Below are positions 24,859-36,757 of a DNA stretch of 64,000 bases, piece by piece; positions within the stretch are counted from its first letter, which is position 1; every line of letters begins with the position of its first letter. Below the pieces are notes generated by a model. That model was not told the DNA's origin, did no database searches, and worked only from the letters and a program-made list of their open reading frames with translations. The DNA is from Balanoglossus misakiensis (Eukaryota > Animalia > Hemichordata), in assembly GCA_040954595.2 (NCBI GenBank), contig CM082591.2, positions 1,043,882-1,107,881 of the forward strand. The letters are read 5' to 3'. The translations under genes and the position numbers were made by a program.

Positions 24859-27800
24859 ATGCCACAGGTAAGAACAAATCTTATCAAACTCGACGATTTT
24901 GTTAAAATCAATGGTTATTGTTCGTACAGCCGATTCTTTGAGAGACAGATCCGTGTACACCAATTTTATTTATAGGTTTGCTGCCCTTTCTGGTGATTTG
25001 GCGGTTAGACCACCAGAATTGGAGACGTATTTGCTTGAAGTCAAATTCTGATTATATAAGACATAAGATATCTGATGGCCACAAACACACACTTGGCCTG
25101 AAATACTGAGCTTACATAGGTCGTTTACACTGTTCATTTACACTAATATAACAATAAGTGTGTTTAGATCGAGGGACTGTGGATCGGGAATACCCGAGTT
25201 TATAGACAAAGGCTACAACGTGTTAACTGTAACTTCCTATGCAAACAAAACGCACATTCTTTCATAAGAAGGGAACATTTGTGACCGTTAATCTGTCTTG
25301 TATACAAACTTGTTGACACGTGGACAGCTTTGCAAGTAACTCTGATTCTGCTCATGCGTGCGCCATGTGAGGAAGGCATGACTGTAGCCGCCTGTTCCGC
25401 GCTAAATCTTATTTTCAAGAAAGGTCATCTAGTGTCATCATGAATCTCTTTATCTGTTGGTCATGTTGTGTTAAATTGTAAAGGAATTACGCATGTACTT
25501 CGCAATACCAATAACAAAACATTATGATAAGTTAAACGGACGACCCTCTCTATATTCACATGATAACACTATTACAGTAAACATTTCTTTAAGTTTAAAA
25601 GTTACAGTGTACAAAAGTCATTGGAGTTTTTTCAATTGCGTTCAGAAAAGATGGAAGTTTGAACTAATGTGAAAATATATTTGCTTATCTATTTATTTGT
25701 TTGTTTGTTTGTTTGTTTGTTTCAGGCAAGGAAAACAACGTGGCGTGAGAGCAGAAAGGCCACAATTCGCGACTATCTTCTCAACTTAATTCTTGGACTT
25801 TCCATCGCCCATATCGTTCTGGCTGTATTCATCCTTGCAGTCGGGGCGTTGTTCATGGTTGTCCGTTGCTTTGGTTACCAAGCGGCCACGCCCATATGGG
25901 GAGGTACCGTGGTAAGTCCGCCCATGGTTTGGTTCGTATTATGGATAACAGATGTAAAAGATTGTGAGTCCCGGAGAAACCAAGTTAGCGTTAATGGAAC
26001 TATAATGGAACAGGGACAATTGCGTTTCATGTTTATGACATTTTCATTGTTATTAATGATTTGATATTGATCGTATTCGTACTTAAGTGTTTCTCGTTTT
26101 AAATCAAAATAAACGTTACCGAAGTCCAACCTTACAGAAGTTTTCGGTTTCATTTCAATTCCAGTTCTTGATAACAGGGGCCATTGGCTGTTTGTTGGTG
26201 GCCAATCCTAAAAGTCGTTCCGCGGTAAGTAACGATCAACTTACATAGAAAGCTGTAACGTAACTTCTTATTTCTTCTGACATATACATGTTTCTGATTG
26301 GACATTGATTTGATTAATTGACAGGTGCACGCATTTGAAGCGCTGTCTCTGGCTTCCTTCATTATTGCAATATTGCTCATTACGCATGCGTTCGCAGCCG
26401 CAGCCAGTGAGTTGAATTCCGGACACTGTAATCCGGAAAATGCCGAAGTGTATGATCCGCATTGCGGTTCTTTGGTAAGTGTAAATGATGGAGAGAAGGG
26501 GGAGAGGGGAGGGAGAGAGAGAGAGAGAGTGTGTGTGTGTGAGTGAGTGAGTGAGTGAGTGAGTGAGTGAGTGAGTGAGTGAGTGAGTGAGAGAGAGAGG
26601 GGGAGAGAGGGAGAGAGGGGGAGAGAGAGAGAGAGAGAGAGAGATACACTCGACATCGCTCACTTTCGGTTGATCCCTATAATTACTGCTGCCCTATAGG
26701 TCGTGCGTATCAGCATGGACGTAGCCCTGGTGCTGCTTGGGACGCTAGAACTAATGGTGGCGCTCATGTCCACTGGCGTTGGCTATTACGTCATGGAGGG
26801 GGGTCCGGAAGGGCTGATTGGCGAAGAACCAGTTTCAGTGTAAGCAATTAGTGAACTTTACTTATTTATTTGCCTGTTTTACTCGTACATGGCTGAATGA
26901 GATATCATTATTCACAACCTAAAAGAAGAAAACTCCAGACCTACACGCTGCACGATTTTAACTAAGTTACTGAAATTTTCCACAGGAATTCGACAAGAAA
27001 CAGTCAAAACCGACGCCCACCAAAGACAACGACGTCATCAACCAAAACCTACGGGAATGGTTACAGTGAAGAGCCCACATCTGATGTTATGGATGAAGCA
27101 CCTAGCCGTCATGCGCACGACAACGTTGCCTTCGCAGCCACACTGACAGCCGAGGAGAAACATGCCCGACGAAAACGTCGTCGAGACAGTGATGGCCGAC
27201 AAACTTCTGAGTCTGTTGCCAGGGACAACAGCCAGGGTAGCAACGACAGGGTTCCCATCGAGGAATTAGAGCATCCCCCGCGAGTGATCACACCAGCCAA
27301 TCGCCGACGAGATGACAGAGAAATTGAAATGAAAGAAGTTCCGACCATACAGACAGAAAGCGTTACCTTGGAAATGACGCCAAGTCCACACCATGGCAAC
27401 GAATCTGATGATTGGCGGGAATCTTCCAATGAATCAGGTGCCGAGCGGGATTATCTGGCCGAGTACGGACTTGACAAGTCGAGCGTCCAGCCAGCCAAGA
27501 CATATTCAGAGAGTTCTACACCAAACCTATCAGGTGCATCAACTCACCCGTCTAATGAGAAACTGAACAACGGCGACCATCCTGTCCAGCGGCACCGATA
27601 TGATGAAGTACCTGACGAATCAGAGATCTCGTACCACAAGGAACCTGGGGTAGCAGCAGCCAATAGCATCCCCGCTAGCAACAGAGCGTCCAGTTTCAGC
27701 AGTTCTGGTTGGTCGTCAGAATATTACGACACCGAGCAGCCTGGCCAACCACACAGCGGCAAGATGACACCGCATTCGTCAAACCCCGCCCTCTCTCCGG

Positions 27801-28603
27801 AGAACAGAGAAAACGGTCCGGTGTTTGTAGTGGAACCACTGTCTTCTTCAGACGAATATTATGACGTCAGAGATCAACCAAGAGTACTGACCGAAGATTC
27901 AGTCAGGAGGAGTTTGGAAAAGCTTTACGGTGAACCGATTGAACCACAGATGTACGTAGTGGAGAGTTTGAATGTCGAACCCGTGCAAACAGTGCAGCCA
28001 CCGCCGGGTCGAATATCGGATGAAGATCTGTACCAGTCATCGGGCAGATACGACGACCCTCAGCATCATCACGCTCCCCACAACGACCCAAACATCTCGA
28101 CCGACACTCTCACACCATCTAGAGAGAACGTCTATCCACAGACATACCAGTCAGACGCCAAAGAACCTCATCTTCAACCGCAAAGAAACGAATACGACGA
28201 TTATCATCATCCCTCTGTTTCCTCCGACGAGTATCTTCCCGGATACAGCGCCGCAGACGACGAATGGAAATCGGCAAGCACCATCAGAAGCTCCCAAGAA
28301 GGACTGGACAACACGAAGGACTCGACAACTTTCCCACCAGCGAACGATCTTCCTCACGACACTAGAAGCCTTCCAGGCGTTTCCTATCGAAGACCCTGGC
28401 AGTCAAGCAGCAATAGCGTCTACAGCGCGCCACCAGACCACCGCTCGGCCAAAACTCTGCCAGCAAGTCAAGACATGGATCTGGAGCAGTTTGCAGCCGC
28501 CAGATCAACGAGACCGAAGAACATCTACGGCGTGAACGCATCTGGTCGTGCACCGGCGAGAAGTAACGATTATCGCGCTCTGGTGTACCACAGCCAATCG
28601 TAA
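24859..28603 (+). CDS. MS4A/CD20-like four-TM protein, paralogue A (~720 aa; ~550-aa Tyr-rich disordered C-tail)
   Basis: Exons 24859-24867, 25726-25911, 26165-26224, 26325-26474, 26700-26839, 26986-28603. 'CFGYQAATPIWGGTV|FLITG' matches the MS4A 'GYPFWGxxxFIISG' signature. Two Cys in the TM3-TM4 loop; four hydrophobic segments. Confidence 0.85.
26489..26643. repeat. Compound (GA)n/(GT)n/(GAGT)n microsatellite in an intron of MS4A-like A
   Basis: Directly visible; source of the spurious SLSL/THSL ORFs. Confidence 0.95.
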
Positions 28604-30779
28604 GACGAGGTGATGTCGTCAAGGAGACAGAAACAACAATCTTGCTTTTACTGGTAAACTACATTGGAAATATGGTCGAAGCCGATCACAAAGACTACTA
28701 GCATACTCTTGAACTAGAAATACCATTTTAAAATGTTTATTTCAGCCAAAACAAAGTGTTTTTATTTTGTTGACGAGCACATGGATTTCACCAAAACTGT
28801 TCACACACAAAAGACTGAAATTTCATTGAAAGAACGTAATCCCTTTTGTTTGTTTATTTTGTTGACACACCTGTTATCGTTCTGTGTCAAGTGCTCTAAC
28901 TGCGTTGTTGGAATTCCTCCACTGTGAAGGATTGATGGTGTATTAATAGTACAATGTGTAAACAGTTGAATATGTCACATGGGAGAAAGACAGAATGTCA
29001 AACAAAGAGAATCGACTACTGTAGCATGCGGGTAATGAGACGCACACTGTAGTACGTCCATGCAGAAACTAATGTGCATTTAATTTCTCTATTTCAGTGG
29101 GTAACGTTGTCCCTTTAATATTATTAAATATTTTGATTTCTAAGCATTTATTAGTTATATTCTACCTCAATGCTATAAATCGGTCCATTGTAACATTTTG
29201 TAACGTTTTTCTTTCTGTTTTCATTTACTCATGTCGACGTACAACTTGAGTCAAGTTTTTGTATATAATCAATGCAATATTTCAAAGCACGTACTCTCTT
29301 GTCATGTAGTTGTATTGATACTATGAGGGCGGGTTTTCTGCCAGCTCACAGAAAAAAAGAATGTTTCACCTTGTTAATCGTATAATAATAATGATTACAA
29401 ATTGGTAAACATTAACCGATAGAATTTTTATAGTAAGGTAGTCGCATGTTCATGAAATTAAGAGGTTGATATGAATAAAATAGTGGTTTTTGGTATAATA
29501 TAAACTGCCTTCTCTTGTCTCTGTCTGTCTTCGTCGACAATCTTATGAAGAAATTTTAGTCTAGAATATATTCGACAAGCATGAATTGACGTCATGTTTT
29601 CATTGTTCAGCAAATTAGTTTGTGAACTATCCCAGTGAACTGTTTAGTCATCCGCGTGGGTGTGATACATATGACCTATAATTCACTGCTGGCGTAGGGA
29701 TACGAACCGAGGTTGCTCACTCCGCCGGAAATGGAATGCGTGATTAGTCTCGTACAAAAAAAAAGTGCCAGCAACACTTGGCCGCCCCCTCACGCACAAA
29801 ATCTGACAGGACAGCATCCCAGAACCCCCTAGGTTACCGCGAATATGCAACCACCTGTTGCATGACAAGGATAGGTTCAAGTCCACGCCAGTTTCTCTTT
29901 CATCAAATACGCCCATAATGACATTGTTACACTCCTAAATTATTCATGCATGGAGACATTGCATTTGTGGCGACTTAGACGGACTTTTTATGGAATACGA
30001 TGGGAGTAAAATAGTCCCCGTCCGTTCATCTGTACCTGAAGTTAGAAGGTCTAAGAAATATTTCCTGTCCTACCCCGGTCAATACACACTGATAAACTGT
30101 GTTAGTGTCGGTGCATGCCACAGAGGTCAGCATTTGAATGACGTTTGTTTACTTGTTAAAAGATGACGTCATCTTGTCAATAATTAGCAGCCAAATTTCG
30201 AATATGAAAAAAGACATAAATTACAGTAAAGTACCTGCGCAAAAACACGACGGGAAGTATTATGCTTCATACAGACTTCATCGAAATTATGCAACTATAT
30301 TATAAATTAAATTGAATTTGAAAACGAAATAAAATACTTTTTTTCTCTAACACTGATTGCTTGGTAATCACCATCCAATAGTATTATACGCTGTGTGTCC
30401 ATGCTGAGTGATAGATCACACCAACTAACATGGTGATGATGGTATATATGTGTTACAGCGTGGGTGTCAGAAACTGGACAAGTTTATGTTTCGTCGAGCC
30501 ATAAAAACATACACAAAGAGCTTCAAAGTCCAATTGATAATGATTTAAAATTTTACCATATTTTCCCCGCGATGCAATCACGTAATGAACATAAATCATA
30601 ATAATGAAAACAAATTTACAAGCTTCGAACAGCTCAGGTGAATAGTAAAATGTTGACGCGTTGGTCAATTTTTAACCCGATCGTACCGCCGCCATATTTG
30701 TTTGTACGGAGCTATCCCCGGGAGGCGACTCGCTTACCGAATTCCCAACTACCGTTGAAGGGACGTGTAACGCGCCACG

Positions 30780-33139
30780 ATGCCTAAACCCAGGGAGGTA
30801 ATCCAGTCCTTCGTGTATGGCATCCTTTTCGCCTTGGGCATGATACTTGTTATACTGGGGACACTAACTATCGTGGTCGGTGTGTTCTTCTTTCTAAACA
30901 AATGCTGGGGTTATGAAGCGGCCACACCGCTATGGACAGGAGGCTTTGTAAGTATCTCAGGTTTTATATTAATCGCATACAGTTCAACATTCGTTCAAAA
31001 TTTGGCACACCTATCATATTTTTCGCATTCAATATCAGAACAGTGTCCAGGAATAATTTCACCACAGTTACATCATTTGAACGACAATATCACACAAAAT
31101 GTGGTCATTGGTGTTAATTTATAGTTAAAGTCAAAATTCCAGTGCATATTAATTTTACTATTAATTAATTTACTTCATTCTGACATATGATGTGCTTATC
31201 CTTAGACCCATATTTCAATGTTTACATGTCACACAGACTAATCTGTTTATTTTTCGTATTTCTGTTTACAGTTCCTTATTACCGGAATAACGGCTTGTTC
31301 CACTACATGTTGCAAGGAAAGCAGATGTTCGGTAAAAATCTTTATTTATTTTTATTTATTGCTTACTTGCATTGTTTGCTTGTTACTTGCCAAAAGCATA
31401 TCACATCTTTCATGAGCTACATGGGCATGGGACACCAGTCCCTGGTTGGAACGTAAAGGATGTGAATTCTAACATCAAATCTTTGTTGTTCCTTCCTATC
31501 GTCACCAGGCAAAAAGTCTCTTCACTCTTTGTGTGATCGCGGCAGTATTTTCACTTATGCTAGCAACGCATGGGTGGTTGGCGGCCACAATGGAATATGA
31601 ATCTACAAACTGTGACCCACAGGGGGCGACTTCTTGCGCCTCACTTGTAAGTACGACCGCCATCTTGGTTTTGTACAAATTGTCGTCTGCCCGTCACCTG
31701 GTGACATTTTTATGACAATGTCCCATGAGTGCACAACTAACGTAGTCTACTATGATTCTATCTGTAAACATGCACCACTACAAAGAAAAGTCACTTCCAA
31801 TAAATGTTCTTTATGATTGACTTTATTTCGTCCACAGACCGGGCGGATATCTCTGGATATTAGCATGGTCGTCCTGGCCATTCTGGTGTTTGAAATCGTC
31901 ATTTTGATGGCGATTGTTACATACTTCCTGATTGAGGGCGGGCCTATTGGACCCTTCGAGAAAATACAGGGGTGAGTATGGAAGGTTGTGACACACAATG
32001 ACCAACACACAGGTGTTTGCCTGTGAATGAAGGATGAAACAGGATCTGTAGTATCATATAGTACAGAGGCCATTCCATCCCTATCATCATTCGAGTTCCT
32101 TGTACATTGCTGCAAAAATGTTACAAACATGTCCATATATCATGTCTGTCGGTTCAATTTGATATGTATGTAAAATGACAGATTCTGACTGCTTTATGCT
32201 AAATAGGTTACCAATAGGTAAAAAGAGATCAGATGATGAAAGCTCCAGGTTCAAGTCCAAGAAGAAATCTACAGAAGAGCCCTCTGCCGAGGAAGAAGAA
32301 CCGATGGTGGTAACATCCTCGTCCCCGACCGATTATAAACTAAACGCCGAGCCACCACCGATGCCCTATGACCCCGATTACGCAACAGCTGATGAGCTGG
32401 ACCCCGTGAAGCCGGATTCCACGCACATAGAAATGACTGAAATTCCACAAAGCCAGGGCAGGGAATCTTCACCAGGCGAGCTCAAAGCGATCCCGGTGGA
32501 GTATACTATGGTGCAGAAACCAACTGCACAAACCGCTGTCGTGACGAGTGTGCCACCCCCGGAACAGGCCGCTGTGGTTGGAGCAGCAGCCACAGTGCAA
32601 CCGGAACCGGAACCGGAACCAGTTACCCTCAGACCGAAGAAGACCGATTCGGATGCGGATTCAGACGAATTCGTGCAGCCATTATCACCATCTAACTTGA
32701 ACGAATCTGGCCCATGTAAGTGTGTTTTCCATTGATAAATATAAAAGTAAAGTGCTTGAAATGAGATGAAATAGAAGTAAAACAATAATTGCAATAAAAT
32801 TCATAGCAAAATCAATATATATCAACTCAGAGAAGTACTGTTATTCTCTGTACTCTTACAAATATTACAGATCCACCGCTCAAGCCCCAGATGGACATAG
32901 TTCGCCAATCTCTTCTACTGAGAGCGTCCAGCTCCGAGGAGAGTATTCCATCGGCTGACACCTCGAGCGAATCCTCGGCGAATTCCAGTCCGAGATCGAC
33001 GAGATCAGAGACGTCACCGGCGAAGAAGTCCGGTTCACCGGCCAGCAAAGGGTCCGGATCGTCGACCGACAAGTCCAAGAGCAGCTCCTACTCATCTATT
33101 TCAGATGAAGCCTCGGGCAAACAACATACAATAGTTTAG
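30780..33139 (+). CDS. MS4A/CD20-like four-TM protein, paralogue B (~425 aa; tail with ITIM-like motifs and a C-terminal PDZ ligand)
   Basis: Exons 30780-30947, 31272-31331, 31509-31646, 31838-31971, 32207-32715, 32871-33139. 'CWGYEAATPLWTGGF|FLITG'; loop 'NCDPQGATSCASL'; shares 'RISxD...EGGP' with paralogue A. Confidence 0.85.
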
Positions 33140-34099
33140 TTGGAGCTAAGTTTGTGTGCTGTAACGACGATTGCCTTTCTGTCCATTCATTTCTGTTAAT
33201 GGACTCTTGATTACATCTTAATTACATCGAACCCGAGTTGTACTCTTTGAATCTTACTTTCTAATATGGAAGAAACATTTCCTTGTCTTTAGGTTAGGTT
33301 ACCACAATGTGACAATAGCCCAGTTATAGATCCTTGTTTTATACTTATCTGTTTGTCTCTTGCATTTGTGTACTCTTGTATCATTTCTGGTCAAACTTTG
33401 TTTTTAAATTTTACTTCCAGCATCCATTATGTTTTAAAACAAATTCTTTACACGAAGTTACTCAACGGGTTAAATCCCGGCTAATTTTTCATTTCTCTCT
33501 TTCATTTTATACACACTGCCACAAACAAAAAAACAATTGATTGTAACAATAACGAAGATCAACACTGTTCGCTTTTAACCAATATGCTTGCTTTAAAGAA
33601 AGCAAAATCCAAGTTTTTTTTTTATTTTTCTCTCCTACAATATTTCAAGCTGTTTAGTTCATTTTCAATAAATTTTCATGGTACATTATTCAATTCTTGT
33701 ATGTGACTTTTTTCTCGTTACTGGGCCCCTATATTTAAGTATACAATACGAGCATAACACCCTGCTATTATATTTTTTAATTGAATATGAAACAAAACGA
33801 TGACCTACCAACCTATCTATCTATATATCTACCTTCCTACATACATACACACAAATGTCGAGCATTGTTGTAAATCTATGTAAAACATATGCGACACTGG
33901 GTTCAAAGGGAATAAGGTCAGGGAACTTTGATCTCGGAGAGATGCGACAGTACAAACATCAGGCATTATTGGGATCTAGAAATCGCTTGGAATTGGCCGA
34001 TTTTAGTCTTTAAAGGTCTAGTGTACGGTATGTGAATGTTTATCAAATGTGCTGGGTGATTTCTGATGTGGTTGACTTGCTACTTTTCAATGGTGGACT

Positions 34100-34929
34100 C
34101 AGGGTTTTACATGACGCGCATTTCTGCGTCCTTTACGCACAAAACTGGGCGTGGGACCCGTCAAAAACTAAACCATGCGTCCCTTGGGACGCATGAAATA
34201 TGTCTATTGTTGAGACCCTTGTTGCGCGTTTCCTGATATCTAATGGTGTACGCGTACACAGAGAGTCAATTAAACAGTTAATGACCTTATGACCTGTAAT
34301 CGATACTGATAACAGTTTCATAGCAAACTTGTAGCAAACTTGGTTTATTGTTGAATTTGATACAGTTTACGTACACGCAGTCACCCTCTTGGGAATTATA
34401 AGTTACACTGCGATATCACGCCTATATCGCACTTTGCTGTGTGCAAGCAGTGAACTACCGTGACTCCTATTGCTCTGAAACCAACTCCGTCCATGAGTAC
34501 CAGCAGTCTTAGTTTTGTTGAAAACCCTGAACTTAAACTTTAAATATAGATTCAGCTGCAAATTTCTTGAATAAGACTTTAAGAAGACCAAGTTGAGTGT
34601 ACATGTACTGGTATTCTCCATATTATATGCTTTAGGTCAAAGGGTCACTCATAAGGTGATGTTCAAGATGGGACCCCTAGCCATACTACAGTTGATCTTG
34701 GAATTACTCCCTATATCTTGTAGACAATATCATTTTATGATTTGGATTGGTATTGATTCTTACAACCGTTGCCCATTCACAGAAGGATTTTCTAATTTCC
34801 AGCATTGATAAAATGATAAAATGTTCTGGTGAAATAAATTGGGACCCCCATGGTTTGATGTAGGACCCCCATTTTTCAACACTAGGAGTCCCAGGGACTC
34901 CCAAAAGTAAAAAGTGATGTAAAACCCTG
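34100..34929. mobile_element. 830-bp non-autonomous TIR DNA transposon (hAT- or P-like CAGGG termini)
   Basis: 13-bp perfect TIR CAGGGTTTTACAT / ATGTAAAACCCTG. Direct repeat GTGGACT on both sides (34093-34099, 34930-34936). Subterminal palindromes 34174-34195 and 34885-34901. No transposase ORF. Confidence 0.85.
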
Positions 34930-35401
34930 GTGGACTGCGTTAAGAGGCGCCATACGCGATGTTCAGATATTAAACACCAGCATGGTCTAGTCAGTCGCTA
35001 TTTTGAGCTCTGTGTCGTTTGACGAGGTCACGGCAGTCTGTGCTTTTGTTTGTAAATGTCATGTGATGTGTTTGTATAAGACAATTCACCTGGTGGCTTA
35101 CGCTCAACGCAGATGTTATTCGTTATGTAAAGGTGTGATTGTTTGAACTCGACACTGTAGATAATTACCTTCATGTCAACTATAGCTGCATTTATGTTAT
35201 CTCCTGACGTTCTGTGAGTTTGGTTGGCCAGTTTTACATTATTTTAGCACGTTTGTCAACAGACAGCAATATTAGTTCATTTCTCAATGACACATAAATG
35301 ACATTGAATCGGATGTCCAATGCAATACCATGCAATGACAAATACTGTGAACCTTTTAAAGCATTTTCAATATCCATTTTCGTCAGGTATCGTGAGACAG
35401 G

Positions 35402-36757
35402 ATGGTAGGGAGACACCCTGTTTTGAAGGATGATGTGGAGACGGCCGTTTCGTTAGGTATCGCTCACATGGTGATGGGGATTGTTTGCGTAGGAATGGAG
35501 TACGCTATGGTACAGCATGAATGCTACCTTTACGACATAGGAGTTCCTTTGTGGTCTGGTACTCTGGTAAGTGTGTGTCATTGTGGGACAGTGAGGTGAT
35601 GTCACCCCCGGGGTATGTGCTTGTTGGTCCCATCATTCAGTACTTCACAAATCCCTTTATAGCACAATTAGGCTAATGTACGATGAACCGTGTTTCGTTT
35701 CTCGAATGTGCATGACTCAATCAAATCATGCAGTGTGTATCAGTAAATAAATGTACCATAAATATTTACTTGAATAATGACATTAATGTACAAAAACAGT
35801 ACTAACTCAACGTTTGCAATCATTCATGTTACCTATGATTACAGTTTCTGGCGACTGGTGGAGTTGGCGTTGCATTGAAGAATAGCCAAACATCAAAAAT
35901 GGTAAAAATCATCATTTCAGTCTCATGAATCTAAACTGACATGTTTTTTCTGAGTTATTTACGTTGTTTTAGAAATGCAGTTACCATTTCTGGTGATAAT
36001 GATACGTCAAAATTATTTATCTATTTAAGGTACGCGATTATTTCTCTCTGTCAATCATCTCGGTGTTTGTTGCCATGGTAGCAGTGACGTATGGATCTAT
36101 AGCGGCTTGGGCTGATTTTCAAGATGGGAAGGTAAGTCTGACAAACTTAGTGTAGAGAGCTAGCCCATGCATAAAATCACAGTCCGTGTAACAGAGAGAC
36201 TGTGATAAAATGTGCTGCCCTTTTCTTCTTACATTTTTGATTGAATGTATATTGAAACTACCTTTAGCCTACGTGCTTAAATTCATCTTTTTACCGCCAT
36301 TTTGCAGACTACACAGGGTGGTTTCGATATAGGGTTAGCCTTGGTGGCTTTGGGCGAATTTTCCATCGCCATTTATTCTGCTGTTGTGGCAAGTCGTATG
36401 CGAACACTTCTGATCAAGTTAATGCCACTAAGGTAAGACCATCACTAAATAAAGTAAAACAAATTTTGATAAGTGCATAAGCTTACAAATCAGGGTCAAA
36501 TTTAAAGAAAACCCGAACTTATACTCGAAATATTCACATATTGTCTATACGCTGGTTTGAAAATAGTGATGCTATAAATGCTTTAATTTTTTCGTTGAAA
36601 TTGATTTTTGTTTTTCTGTTATCGTTTCAGAACTATGAGTACATACGAGACCAACAAAGACAGAACGATTATTCTGATGCCAATGTCAGATGACGAAATT
36701 CCAGTGCTCTATCTCTCTGATGGTCACACTGTGTCTGATGTCAAGATCAAGAACTAG
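35402..36757 (+). CDS. MS4A/CD20-like four-TM protein, paralogue C (~191 aa, short tail, short Cys-less TM3-TM4 loop)
   Basis: Exons 35402-35566, 35845-35901, 36030-36131, 36308-36432, 36631-36757. 'ECYLYDIGVPLWSGTL|FLATG'; same intron positions as its neighbours. Confidence 0.82.

Noticed and set aside
26150-26663. Three minus-strand SL/TH-rich ORFs
   Set aside because: Produced by the GA/GAGT microsatellite and antisense to an MS4A-like exon.
27109-28622. Overlapping alternative-frame and antisense ORFs, including 187 aa at 27972-28535
   Set aside because: Shadow frames of the long, more GC-rich tail exon.
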